This document shows positions 24,844 to 36,243 of a stretch of 64,000 bases of DNA, one piece after another (positions within the stretch are counted from its first letter, which is position 1; every line of letters starts with the position of its first letter). The stretch lies in NCBI GenBank assembly GCA_014905635.1, contig JABVCE010000014.1, positions 124,001 to 188,000 of the forward strand, read 5' to 3'. Source of the DNA: Scenedesmus sp. PABB004. Lineage: Eukaryota. A program made the translations under genes and the position numbers. Under the pieces are notes generated by a model that made no database searches, was not told the DNA's origin, and saw nothing but the letters and a program-made list of their open reading frames with translations.

Positions 24844-27800
24844 ATGGCCGCCAAGATCAAGGTCGCCAACCCCGTGGTGGACCTGGACGGCGATGAGATG
24901 ACCAGGCGCGCCGCCGCCGCGCCGGGGTCGCCGCGCTGTGGCGGTTGGCGCCGGCCGCCGCCGCTGCGTGCCCACGCCGCCCGGCCGCCCCGCCCCCGCA
25001 GGGTCATCTGGACCATGATCAAGGACAAGGTGCGCCGCAGCAGCAGCGGCAGCGGGAGCAGGAGCCGCAGCAGCCAGCCAACGCGGCGCAGCGCGCTCGC
25101 CGCTGGGCGTGACGCGCCCGCGCGCCGCGCTGCGCCTGCGCGCCGCGCCGCGCAGCTGGTGCTGCCGTACCTGGACCTGGAGATCAAGTACTTTGACCTC
25201 GGCCTGCCCAACCGCGACGCGACCGACGACAAGGTCACGATCGAGGCCGCGGAGGCGATCCTGGTGCGGAGAACGCGGCGCGGCGCGGCGCCGCGCCGCG
25301 CGGCCGGCCGCGCCCCGCAGGGCCCGCCGCCGCTCACCGCTTCGCGCCGCGCCCTCCCTCCCCGCGCCGCCGTCGCCGCCGCCGTGCTGCTGTGCTTCTG
25401 TGCGCGCGCAGAAGTACAACGTCGGCATCAAGTGCGCGACCATCACGCCCGACGAGGCGCGCGTGGAGGAGTTCAAGCTGAAGAAGATGTGGAAGTCGCC
25501 CAACGGCACCATCAGGCGCGCGGCGCGGCGGCCCGGGACGCGCGGCGGACGCGCGGCAAATGCACGCGCGGACGCGCGGCAAAGACGCGCGCGCGCGCGC
25601 GGCCCGCCCAACCGGCCGCAAGCTGCGGGCGCAGCGCCGTGGCTGCCCAGCGGCCGGCGCTGCCGCCTGGGCGTGGGAGGCGCCGGGGCGCGCGCGCGCC
25701 CGCGACCCGCGGCCGGTTGGGCCGGCGGGCGGCGCCGGGTGGCGGCGCGGCGGGGGGGGGGGGCCGCGCTGCGCGCGCGGCGGCGCGCGGCAGCGTTCCG
25801 CCGAGGCCCGCGCGTCCCGTTCTCTGGCGCGCAGGAACATCCTCAACGGCACGGTGTTCCGCGAGCCGATCGTGATCAGCAACATCCCCCGCCTCGTGCC
25901 CGGCTGGACCAAGCCCATCGTGGTCGGCAGGTGCGGTGCCCGCCCGCCCTGCCCTGCGCCGCGCGGCCCGCGGGCGCTGACCGCCGCGCCGCGCCGTGTT
26001 GACCCGCTGCGCCGCGCCGACCCGCCCGCCCCTGCGCCTCCCCTGCGCCCCCGCAACTCTCCCCGCAACGCTGCCAGGCACGCGTACGGTGACCAGTACC
26101 GCGCGACCGACCTGCGCGTGCCGGGCCCCGGCCGCGTGCGCATGATCTACGAGCCCGCCGACGGCTCCGCGCCCCAGGAGTGAGCGCGGCCCCCGCGCCG
26201 CCGCACGCCGCCGCCGCGCCGCCCGCCCCCCGCCCGACCCCCGCCTTGCCACCTGCCCTCCTCCCGACCAACCGGCCCACCCAACCGCCCTCCCGCCCGC
26301 CCGTCTCCCAACCGGCCCACCTCCCGCCTCCCGCCCAACCAGCTATGAGATCTTCACCTTTGACGGCCCCGGCGTCGCGATGGGCATGTACAACACCGAC
26401 GACTCCATCCGCGGCTTTGCCAAGTCGTGCTTCGAGTTTGCGCTCGCCAAGCGCTGGCCGCTCTACCTCTCGACCAAGAACACCATCCTCAAGGCCTACG
26501 ACGGCCGGTGTGGCGGCACAGCGCGGCGGCGCGGGGGCTGCGGGCGGCGGCGCCGCGACGCCGGGCGGGCGGCGGGCGGCGGCGACGCGGGGCGGGCGGC
26601 GGGGCTGGGGCGCCGTGCGTGCGCCCACGGCCGCCCCACGCTGCCGCTGCCCGCAGCTTCCTGATGATCTTTGCCGAGATCTACGAGGCGCAGTACAAGG
26701 CTGCGTACGAGGCGGCGGGCATCTGGTACGAGCACCGCCTCATCGACGACATGGTCGCCCAGGTGCGTGGGGTGTGTGGGGCGCGGGAGGGCACACGCAC
26801 GCGCGCCTCGGTGGCGGCGCGGCGGCCGCGGCGCGCAGCAGCGGGCGCGCGCCGGGGCGCCCGGCGGCGCAAGGCGGCGGCCGGGCGGCGGGGCGCCGGC
26901 CGGGCGGCGGCCGAGCGCGACCCGCCCGCCCGCCCGCGCGCGCGCGCGCAGTCGCTCAAGTCGAGCGGCGGGTTTGTGTGGGCGTGCAAGAACTACGACG
27001 GCGACGTGCAGAGCGACATCGTCGCGCAGGGCTACGGCAGCCTCGGGCTCATGACCAGCGTCCTCGTCACGCCCGACGGCAAGACCGTGGAGGCCGAGGC
27101 CGCGCACGGTGCGGCGGCGGCGGCGGCGGTCGCGGTCGCGGCGCGCTGCGGGCGGTCGCGGCGGCACGCCCCGGGCGCGCGCTCAGCCGCCGCGCCGCGC
27201 GGCGCGGCGCGCAGGCACGGTGACGCGGCACTGGCGCGAGTACCAGAAGGGCAACGCCACGTCCACCAACCCCGTGGCCTCCATCTTTGCCTGGACGCGC
27301 GGCCTCGCGCACAGGCGCGCAGCTGCGCGGGCACGCAGCTGCGCGGGCGCGGGCGGCCGGGCGCAGCGCCCGGGCAGATGATCGGGCGCGCGTCGAGGGG
27401 GCGCGCGTCAAGGGCGCGCCGCGCGCGCCGCGCGCGCCCGCAGGGCCAAGCTCGACAGCAACGCCGCGCTCGCGGAGTGGTGCGACGCGCTCGAGGCCGC
27501 TGTGATCGCGACGATCGAGGCCGGCGGCATGACCAAGGACCTCGCCATCTGCGTGCACGGCACCACCAAGGCGCGCGCCGCCGCGCGCGCCGCGCTGCGT
27601 CCGCCGCCGCGCTGCGTCCGCCGCCGCGGGCCGCCGCCGCCGCGCGCGCCAGGCGCTGCGCTCTGCCCGGCGCGTCGGACGCCTCGCGCGCGCCCACCGG
27701 CTCACGCGCGTCCGCGTCGCCGCCGCCGCTGCGGCGGCGCGGCCTGCGTAGGTCACGCCGGACCAGTACCTCAACACCGAGGCCTTCATGGATGCAATCA

Positions 27801-27844
27801 GCGCCACGTTTGCCAAGAAGTGGGCGGCGCGCGCGAGCTCGTGA
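24844..27844 (+). CDS. IDH: NADP-dependent isocitrate dehydrogenase
   Basis: [128 protein letters not shown]; 11 introns; no obvious N-terminal transit peptide. Confidence 0.97.
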
Positions 27845-28517
27845 AACGAGGCGGCGGCCGCCGCGTCCAAGCTGTGACGCGCGCCGGCGCGGCGCGGCGC
27901 GGCGCGGCGGCCGCCACGGGCGCGCTGCGGCGCGGGCTCCGGTACTTTTTTTTGCTGCGCGTCGTCGCCGCCGGCCTGCCCCCCAGCGGCGCGAGCAGCC
28001 TAGCGCCGCGCCGCCGGGCGCGAGGGCGGGGGGCACCCTTGCACTGCCGCTGCGCCGGCGCTCATGCGCGCGCTGCGGGCGCGCCGCTGATCCGGCGCCG
28101 TGGCCGCGCCTTGTCTTTTGCTCGTCATCGCGTCGCAGCGGCTGTGCCGCAGCAACCTGGTAACCGCCAGGACGGGTTCAAGCGGGGCACGTTTACTCTG
28201 CGCGCCCCCGCGTGCATGTCAGCGGCGGGGCCGGGCATGGCTCCCCTGCCAGCGCCAGCGGGGTAAAGGCTGGCGGGTGGAGGGTGGCATGGCTCTGCTG
28301 CCAGCAGGCAGTGGCAGCACAAGATGAAAAGGCAGCGACAGCATCAGCTGTCTGGTCGCCGCGAGGGTGAAGCACAGCGGCGCAGCAGCAGCACGCGCGC
28401 CGCAAGCGGCCCACCCGCGGGGCACGGCGCGCCGGCGCGGCGGCGCCGGCAGGCGGGCCGGGCGTGCAGGGGGTGGAGGGAGGGGGAGAGGAGGAGGCGA
28501 GGCGCGGCCGACCGTCG

Positions 28518-30020
28518 TCAGCGCCAGACCTTCACCGTGCCGTCCACGGAGCACGTGAGCAGGCACGCCTCGGTCGGGTGCGCGGCGGCGCCGCACACGA
28601 CCGAGCCGTGCGCCTGGAACGCGCCCACGAGCGCCGCGTCCACCAGCTCCCAGTAGCACACGCGGCCTGCGCGCGGCGCGCGGCGGCGGCGTCGGCGCGC
28701 CGCCCGCCGCCGCGCGCGCGGGCGCGGGGCCGCCGCCGCGGCAGGTGCACCGTCGCTCACCGTCCTCGCTGCAGCCCACCACGTGCTGGTCGTCGGCGAG
28801 CAGCGCGCAGGCCATGCGCGTGGCCTCGTGCGTGTGGCCCCGGTACGACGCGAGCAGCTCGCCGGCCTGGATGTCGAGCAGGCGCAGGCACGAGTCGAGG
28901 CACGCCGCGAGCACGCACAGCCCGTCGTGCGTGAGCGCCAGCGCCGACACGGGGTGGTGCAGCTCGTCCGTGTACGTGCGCCCCATGCGCACGTCGAAGC
29001 GGCGCACCGTGCCGTCCACGCTCGCGCCGAGGATCGCCGGCCCCGCCGCGACGACGCTCGTGACGTCGTCCTGCGCCGCCGCGCGCGGGCGCCCGCGCGG
29101 CGGCGCGCGCGCGTGGGCGGCGCGCGTGCTGGGCGCGCGCGGGCAGCGCGGCGCCGACGCCCCACCGCCGGCAGCGCTGCCACGCGCGCTGGCGCTGCAG
29201 CTGCCACCGGCGCTGCCGCCGGCGCGCCTTGAAGTCGCGCATCGTCTGGATGGGGTCGATGTTGCGGCTGCGGCAGTCCCACACCTTGACCGCCTGGTCG
29301 GCGCCGCCCGTGACGAGCACCTCGTCGCCCGCCGCGTGCACCACCTGCGCGGCCGCCGCGGCGCCGCGGCTGAGCCCCTGCGCCCGCCGCCGCTGCTGCC
29401 ACCTCCAGTCGTAGCAGCGGCAGCTGAAGCGGCGACCGACGCAGGCGCACCGTGTTGATGGTCGCGTCGTGGCCGCGGAACTTGCGCAGCGTGCCGCCGG
29501 TCGCGACGTCCCAGAGGAACACCTGCTTGTCGCCGCCCACGGACGCCATCTTGCTGTTGTCGACGCTGACCGACACGTCGCGCACCTGGCGGCCCCGCCG
29601 CCGCGCGGCGCGCGCGCGCGGAGGCGCGGGCGTCGCCGCGGCCCCGCCGGGCGCGGTGCCGCAGGCGCTGCGCGCGCGTCCTGCGAGCGCGCGCGCACCT
29701 CGTAGCCGTGGCCGGTGTACACCTTGATTCCCAGCCCCTTGTGCGGGTTCCACAGCCGCAGCGTGCGGTCCTGCGAGCGCGGCGGCGGCGCGGCGTCGGC
29801 CGCCGCTGCCGTCGCCGCCGTCGCTGCTGCCGCCGCCGCTGCCGCCGCCGCTGCTGCCCCGGCGCCGTGCTTGCAGCCAGGGCCCTGGCCGCGCCTTGCC
29901 GCAGGAGACGCAGTAGGTGCCTTTGGGATTGAAGCGCACCGCCAGCGCGGCGCCCTCGTGGCCGGACAGGCTGTACACCAGGCTGGAGGGCAGCCCCGGC
30001 CCAGGGGCGGGGTCGTCCAT
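28518..30020 (-). CDS. WDR83: WD40 repeat protein WDR83/MORG1 homolog
   Basis: LSGHEGAALAVRFNPKGTYCVSCGK|DRTLRLWNPHKG, YTGHGYE|VRDV, LWDVATGGTLRKFRGHD, WDCRSRNIDPIQ, SVDGTVRRFDVRMG, LLASYRGH; 5 introns. Confidence 0.88.
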   Translation of the reverse strand: MDDPAPGPGLPSSLVYSLSGHEGAALAVRFNPKGTYCVSCGKARPGPWLQARRRGSSGGGSGGGSSDGGDGSGGRRRAAAALAGPHAAAVEPAQGAGNQGVHRPRLRGARALAGRARSACGTAPGGAAATPAPPRARAARRRGRQVRDVSVSVDNSKMASVGGDKQVFLWDVATGGTLRKFRGHDATINTVRLRRSPLQLPLLRLEVAAAAAGAGAQPRRRGGRAGGARGGRRGARHGRRRPGGQGVGLPQPQHRPHPDDARLQGAPAAAPVAAAAPARVAALPAVGRRRRAARARPARAPPTRARRRAGARARRRRTTSRASSRRGRRSSARAWTARCAASTCAWGARTRTSCTTPCRRWRSRTTGCACSRRASTRACACSTSRPASCSRRTGATRTRPRAWPARCSPTTSTWWAAARTVSDGAPAAAAAPRPRARRRAARRRRRRAPRAGRVCYWELVDAALVGAFQAHGSVVCGAAAHPTEACLLTCSVDGTVKVWR

Positions 30021-30404
30021 GGCTTACTCGACGTGCCGGATGTGAGGGGCCACCGCGGCTGCCTTTCCACCCAGCGCGGCTCAGGGCCGGCAGGCAGCAG
30101 CAGTCTGGGCCATCACCTCGACCCTGCGCCGTGCCGCAGCGGGGTCTCGGGCAGAGGTGCACACTGGCGGACGTGCGGTGCGTGAACGCTGCTTCTGAGG
30201 CGCTGGCAGCGGGTGCGGAGCTGTTTTCAGAGCGCCAGCCCGCGGCGCACCCCGCCCGCGCAGCTGCCCGCGCGCCCACAGCTCGGTGTGGTCCCCGGCG
30301 CCGTCCCGACAGCTAACGCGACGTTTGCCACGCCCCGCGCACTCCTCTGCGGCGCAGCGTGGCCCGGAGCGGCAGGCATCGCCGGCTGACCGCGAGCAGC
30401 AACC

Positions 30405-32301
30405 ATGATCGACGCCCAGGACGCGCCCCAGATCCTGGAGCACCTGCAGAAGAGCCTCACGCTCACGCTCTACGACACCAAGTGCGTGCCGCGCCGCCCC
30501 GCCGCCCGCGCCGCGCGGCGCGGCCGTTCCCGCCGCCCGCGAGCACCCGCCGCCCGCGCACGCCGCAGATGGGTGCCGGGCGCCGCCAAGTTCGTTGCGG
30601 TCGGCCAGCACGCCCGCGGCACGGGCGCCCTGCAGGTGTGGGGCGCGCGCGCGCTTGCTGGCGGCGCGGGCGCGCGGCGCGTGCAGCCTGGCAGCAGCGG
30701 CGGCCGCGCCGCAGAGGCGCCGCGACGACCGTCCTGTGCCGCCGGCTGCGCGCCGCAGGTCTACGCTCTGGAAGGCCCGGAAGCGGTGCTGGCGCGCTCG
30801 CTGGAGGGCCCCGCGGGCTTCAAGTGCGCGACGTTTGGCGCGAGCAGCATCAGCGAGCCGCGCCTCGCGGTTGGCACGTTTGCGGGCCGCCTGCAGGTCT
30901 GGGACGTCGAGGCGGGCAAGGCGCCGGCCTGGGACGCCCAGGCGCACGCGTCGATCGTCAACGCCATGGACGGCTTCGGCGGCAAGGCGCGGCGGCGCGC
31001 GGCCAGCGGCCGGCCGGCGGCAGCCCCTGGCAAGCGCGGCCGCGCGCGCGAGCTTGCCCGAGCTCGCGCCGCCGCGCGCCCGCGCACCCGCGCCACAGGC
31101 CTACGGCTTCGGCCCGCCGGAGCTGGTGACGTGCGGCCGCGACGGCTGCGTGCGCGTGTGGGACGTGCGGCAGCACGACGCGCCGACGGCGGCATTCGAG
31201 CCCGCCGATCCCACCAACGTCCGGTGCGCCTCGCGGCGCCGCGCGGGCGCCTGCGCAGCGGCGGCGCCAACCCGCGCGCGCGCCCGCCAACGCGCCCCGC
31301 CTGCGCGCACTGCCCGTGCCGCGCCGCCGCGCAGCGACTGCTGGTGCGTGGCGTTTGGCAACTCGTTTGACGACGAGGAGCGCTGCGTGCTGGCGGGCTA
31401 CGACAACGGCGACGTGAAGCTCTTCGACCTGCGCATGAACCGGGTGAACTACAACACGCGGCGGGCGGCTGCGACGCGCGGCAGCGCGCACGTGCACGGC
31501 CGGCGCCGGCGGGCGGCCCCGCGGGCCGCGCACGCGTCCCACGCCCGTGCGCCGCGCGCCGCGCTGCCGCCGCGCGCCGCGCAGCTGCGGTGGGAGGCCA
31601 ACGTGAAGAACGGCGTGTGCGGCGTGTCGTTTGACCGGCGCGACATCCCGATGAACAAGTTTGTCGTGACCTGCCTGGAGTCGCAGATGCACGTCTTCGA
31701 CGCGCGCACGCAGCACCCCCACAAGGTGCCCCCGGCGCCGCGCCGGGCCGCGCCCTGGGCGCTGCCGCGCGGGGCGCTGCGAGCGCGGGGCCTCACGCGC
31801 CGCCGGGCGCCGCGGCGCGCAGGGCTTTGCCAGCCTCACGCAGGTGGTCACGGGCGGCGGCGGCGGCGCGGCGGCGGGCGGCGGCGCCGGCGCCGGCGGC
31901 AGCACGGTGTGGGGCGCGCACCACCTGCCGCAGAACCGCGACGTCGCCATGGTCGCGGCGGGCGACGGCAGCCTGTCGCTCTGGCGCTACCGCTACCCAG
32001 ACCAGCGGAAGGTCAAGGTGCAGCTCGCGACGGTGGCGCGCGTGCTGCGGGCTGCCGGCGCAGCAGGCTCGTCCGCGAACGCCGCTGACTCACCGCCGCC
32101 GCCGCACACACGCGGCCGCAGGACCAGGACGGCAAGGAGCTGGGCGTGGTGGGCAGCATGCAGCAGCTCGCGAGCCGCACGCTGTCCAGCCAGCCGGTCA
32201 ACGGCTTTGACTGGAGCCCCGACAAGGCCGGCCTGTTTGTGTGCAGCGCGTTTGACCAGTGCCTGCGCGTCGGCTTCGTCACGCGGCTCAACAAGCTGTG
32301 A
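30405..32301 (+). CDS. WDR92: WD40 repeat protein WDR92/DNAAF10 (R2TP-associated axonemal dynein assembly factor)
   Basis: PQILEHLQKSLTLTLYDTK|WVP, FKCATFGAS, GFGPPELVTCGRDGCVRVWDVRQ, DCWCVAFGNS...AGYDNGDVKLFDLR, NVKNGVCGVSFDRRDIPMNK, HLPQNRD, YRYPDQR, FDWSPDKAGL...AFDQ...VTRLNKL; 7 introns. Confidence 0.92.
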
Positions 32302-32396
32302 CGGCGTGACGGTCACTCGCACACTCCTGCCGTCCGGCCCCCGCCCCGCGCGGGCAGCCGCAGCCGCGCGCGCGCCGCCCGCCGCAGCCGCCGCCG

Positions 32397-33272
32397 CTAC
32401 GACCGCCGCGCCGCGGCTGCCGCCGCCGCATCCGCCGCCGCCGCCGCCGCCTGCTGCGCCTCGAGCTCCCGCCACACGCGGCGCCCGAGCCCGCCGACGG
32501 CGGGGCCGCCCGCAAAGTAGACGGCCGCGATCCAGCTCGGTACCGCGCCCGCGACCGTGGGGTGCGCGTACGCGTACAGGCCTTCTCGGATGAGGCCGAC
32601 CTCGATCGCGGGGCCGCAGACTGCGGTGGCCGCGGCCATCGCGAGCCCCTGGGGCGTCCCGTCGGCGCCCGCCCAGAGCGCGAGCGCGGCGGCCCAGAGC
32701 CCCGCGTCGAGCAGCGGCACGGGGCCGAGCGCGGCGCCGAGGAGGGGCGCCTCGAGCACGCCGGAGGCGCCGTAGAGCGCGACAAAGAGCGCGATGACGC
32801 CCAGCACGCGCGGCCAGCCCGGGTCCAAGGCGCCGGCCGGCGCGCCGCCGGCCGCGCGCAGGCGGTCGAGCAGCGGCACCGACACGCCGAGGATGGCGCC
32901 CGCGACGCCAAACAGCAGCGGCACCCACCAGCACGTCTCAAAGCTCCACGCCACGCCGGCGGCGAGGGTCACGTGGGCGTCGACGGTCGGGTGCGCGTAG
33001 TGCAGCACGCCATTCTGGCTGTGCAGGCCGTCGCACCAGGGGCCCAGGGCCGCGCCGGCCGCAAACATCGCGACCGCCTGCTTCGGCGCGACCGCCGCCA
33101 GCTTCGGCGCGACCGCGGCCAGCGGTGCGCCGTGTTGCGCGCCGGCGGCAGCGCTGCCGCCGCCGTGCCGCGCCGCTCCGGCTGCCACGCTGCGCCGGCC
33201 CAGGGCTGCACAGCGGCAGGGCCTGCAGCCTGGGAGCTGGCGCACGGCCGCCGCGGGCCCGGCGGCGCGCAT
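32397..33272 (-). CDS. Intronless multi-pass membrane protein resembling plant/algal INSIG-like proteins, probable plastid transit peptide
   Basis: GAALGPWCDGLHS...VLHY, ETCWWVPLLFG, GPAIEVGLI...GLYAYAHP...VPSWIAAVYF; Ala/Arg-rich N-terminus. Family assignment from memory of similar plant proteins. Confidence 0.7.
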   Translation of the reverse strand: MRAAGPAAAVRQLPGCRPCRCAALGRRSVAAGAARHGGGSAAAGAQHGAPLAAVAPKLAAVAPKQAVAMFAAGAALGPWCDGLHSQNGVLHYAHPTVDAHVTLAAGVAWSFETCWWVPLLFGVAGAILGVSVPLLDRLRAAGGAPAGALDPGWPRVLGVIALFVALYGASGVLEAPLLGAALGPVPLLDAGLWAAALALWAGADGTPQGLAMAAATAVCGPAIEVGLIREGLYAYAHPTVAGAVPSWIAAVYFAGGPAVGGLGRRVWRELEAQQAAAAAADAAAAAAARRS

Positions 33273-33496
33273 GGCGGCGCGCGCTGCCGCTGCTTCGCTG
33301 CTGGCGGAGCTGCGCGCCGGGGCCGCTCGCAGCGCGTCTGTGGCGGCTGGCGCGCGAGGCGAGGGCGTGGAGGGGTGCGTGAATGCGCCGCGCAGTTGCC
33401 CACGACGAGCTCACCGCCGCGTCGCAGCGGCGAGAAACGCTGCGGCGCCCGCCGCCTGCCAGCCGTGTGCCACCGTCGCCCGCCGCTCGGCACACA

Positions 33497-34086
33497 TGTA
33501 CAACTCACAAGGCAGCAGCCAACGCGCCGTGCCACATACGCCGATGGCCTGCCCGACGGCGGCGATGAGCCGCTGCTGCGCCGCGCCCCGCTGTCTGCCC
33601 GCGGCGACGCGACCCGCGCGCGCGCGCGCCGGCGGCGGGCCCGGCGGCCCGCCGGGCGCGCCGGCAGCACGGCGGCCGTGCCAGGGCGCGCCTGCCGGGT
33701 CGTCTGGCGCCGCGCCGCGCCGCGCACGCCGCGCGCCCCGTCGGGTCGGCCGCCGACCGCCGCACCACCGCGCCCCGCGCCGCGCGCAGGTGGCGCTGCG
33801 CTGCGCGGCGCAGGCGGGCAGTGGCGGCGGCGGCGGCGGCGGCGGCGGCGCGGGGCGCCTGCTGAGCGCGGCGATCGCAAACCTCAGCGGCGGCACGGCG
33901 GCGCAGATCCTGGAGAGCGTGCGGCTGCGCCTCGGCTGGGAGGTCGTCCCCGTGCTGCGCAACCGGCAGCGGACGCTCATCTTTGGGGAGTCCCCGTTCG
34001 ACACCTTCGGCGACGAGCCGCCGCCGACGCCCGACTACGCGCGCGTCGACCTGGGCGCCCCGCGCTCGCAGCGCGGCGATTTTTGA
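33497..34086 (+). CDS. Possible small hypothetical protein
   Basis: Acceptor gcgcag| at ~33790 followed by coding-like LLSAAIANLSGGTAAQILESVRLRLGWEVVPVLRNRQRTLIFGESPFDTFGDEPPPTPDY...DF*; upstream exon and start unclear. Confidence 0.4.
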
Positions 34087-34191
34087 CTTTCGGCGTGGCG
34101 CGGCGCGGCGCCGGCGTGCTGGGACCCGCGCCGCCTGCAACCCCTGCGGCAGAGCCCCCGGCGCGGATCGGCTGGCACGCGCTGCTGCGCG

Positions 34192-34196
34192 TTACA
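34192..34196 (-). promoter_or_regulatory. Putative TGTAA poly(A) signal of heme oxygenase
   Basis: TTACA on + strand about 520 nt downstream of the HO stop. Confidence 0.45.
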
Positions 34197-34713
34197 CGCG
34201 CGCGCCGTGCGCATGCGCGCACGCGGCACGGCATGGCAGGCCCGGCGCGCCGCGCCGCTGCTCGCCCCGCGCGCGCCGCCACAACACGCGCGTGCACCCG
34301 CCGGCTGCGAGGCAGCCCGCGCGGCGAAGGAATGCCGTCGCCCGCGCCGCCGCCGCCAGCGCTGGCCCCCATCCAGCTAGTAGCCGGCCGCCTGCGCGCG
34401 CGCCGCCCGCAGCGCGCGCGCCTCGCTCAGCTCGCCCCGTCGCTCTGCGCGCACGCGCGCCACGCCCCCACCCCCGCACGCACTCGGCTCGCCGCAGTCC
34501 GCGCACGCCGCGCGCGCGCCGCACGCCCGACCGCTGCCGCCCAGCAGCGGCTCCAGGCGCCCGGCGGCGGCGCGGCGCCGCCTGCCGCCCGCTCCTGCCG
34601 CTGCCCGGCGGCGGCTCCCCCGCGCTGCCGCGGCCGCGGTGCTGCGGCCGCGGCGCTGCAGCTGCTGCTGCCGCGTCCGCGTCTGCCGCCGCAGCTGCTG
34701 CGTGCGCGTCCGC

Positions 34714-36243
34714 TCAGGCGTCCTCCGTCATGCACTGCATCAGCACGCCAGAGTACTGCGGGCGCCGTGGCAGCGGGCGACGACGCGCGCACGCGTCGGC
34801 GCCGGCGCCGCGCTGCTCCCCCCGCCCGCGGCCCGGCCAGCAGCCGGGGCGTGCCCGCGCGCCGCTCCCCGCCGCCCGGCCAGCGGCCAGCGGCGAGGCC
34901 CCAGCCCGCAGCGCCCGCGCGCGCGCCGGCGCGCACCTTGAACGCGTCCGCCGTCTCCTTGAGGCAGTGGTCCTTCTGCTCGCGGCTCCAGCCCTCCGCG
35001 AGCTCGTTGAGGCTGGCCCGCACGCCGTCCAGCAGCTCGTTCACGTCGCGCGCGTACTCGTAAAACGCGAGCGACTTGCCGCCCAGCAGCATCTCGCTCA
35101 CCTGCGCCCGAGCGCGGCAGCGGCGGCGGCGGCGGCGGGGCTCGCCGTGACGCCATGTCGCGCCCGCCCCCCTGCACCTGCGCGCGCAAACGCCGCCCGC
35201 CCGCCCGCCCGCCCGCCGTCCCCCGCCGCCTCCTCGCGCGCCGCCTCCCCGCCGCCGCCGCAGCCGCCGCGGCCGCCGCGGCGCCGCGCCTTGTTGCCGA
35301 TCATGCGGCCGCCCGCGGTGTGTGCAAAGTAGTAGTTGTAATAGTGGCAGATGAAGTACTGCGGGTCGTCGGCCGCAAGCTGCCGCAGGTGCGCCGCGTA
35401 GCGCGCGCCCGGGCCGTCCGGCGACACCGCCGCCGGCGCCAGGCCGTGCGCCGACTCGAGCCACGCGAGGTCGGCCGCGAGCGCGCCGGCGCGCTCGAGG
35501 CCGGTGTGCTGGAACTTGGCGTCTGCGCGGCGGCGCGGGGGCCCCGTGAGCGCGCGCGGCGCGGCGGCCCCGCTGCAGCGGCAGCGGCTGCCGCTGCCGC
35601 CGCCGCCTCGCTGCCGCCGCCGCCGCTGCTGCTGCAGCGGGGCCGCCGCGGTGCCGCGCGGGGGCTCACACTCGGGGTGCTCCGCCTTGGCCATGATGTC
35701 CTCGAACGCGTCGTACACGACCTTCGACTCGGCCAGGAACTGCTGGTAGCCCTTCAGCGTCGGCGCCCACTGACGGGCGCGGGAGCAGCGCGCGGCGGCG
35801 TGGGCGGCAGCGGCGCGCGGCGCCGCCGCGAGCGGCGGAGCAGCGGCGGCGGCAGCGCGCTGCGCGCGCCGCGGCGCGGGGGGCGTGCGCGCTTGCGTGC
35901 GTGCGCGCGCGGCGCCCACGCACCGCCTTCTTGGGCTTGGGCGCCTGAATCCCGCCCTCCTTGGGCGCCTGCTCGCGGGTGTGCAGCTTCATCGCGACCG
36001 CCCGCATCTCGCCCACGAAGCCTGCGGGGCCACGCGGGCGCGTGAGGGGCACTTCCAGGCCCGTCCAGCGCGCCTGGAGGCGGCAGCAGGGCGTGCCGGC
36101 GCCGCACCGGTCATCTTGAGGCCCGTGGCGGGCCCGCCATGCGCCAGCACGCGCAGCCCGGCCCGCCCCGGCCGCCGCAGGGCCGCGCATGTGTGGCCGC
36201 GCGACCCCTGGGCGCGCACGCCGTGCGAGCGGGCTGCCAGCAT
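34714..36243 (-). CDS. HMOX1: Plastid heme oxygenase 1 (HY1/HMOX1 type)
   Basis: Transit-peptide-like N-terminus; GFVGEMRAVAMKLHTREQAPKEG, WAPTLKGYQQFLAESKVVY, TGLER, FICHYYNYYFAHTAGGRMIG, WSREQKDHCLKET; 5 introns. Confidence 0.93.

Noticed and set aside
26178..26345. Apparent premature TGA in IDH after APQE
   Set aside because: Resolved by a canonical intron GA|GTGAG...CCAG|C, giving QDYEIF.
27820..27844. Peroxisomal targeting signal on IDH
   Set aside because: The C-terminus is ...ARASS, not an SKL-type tripeptide.
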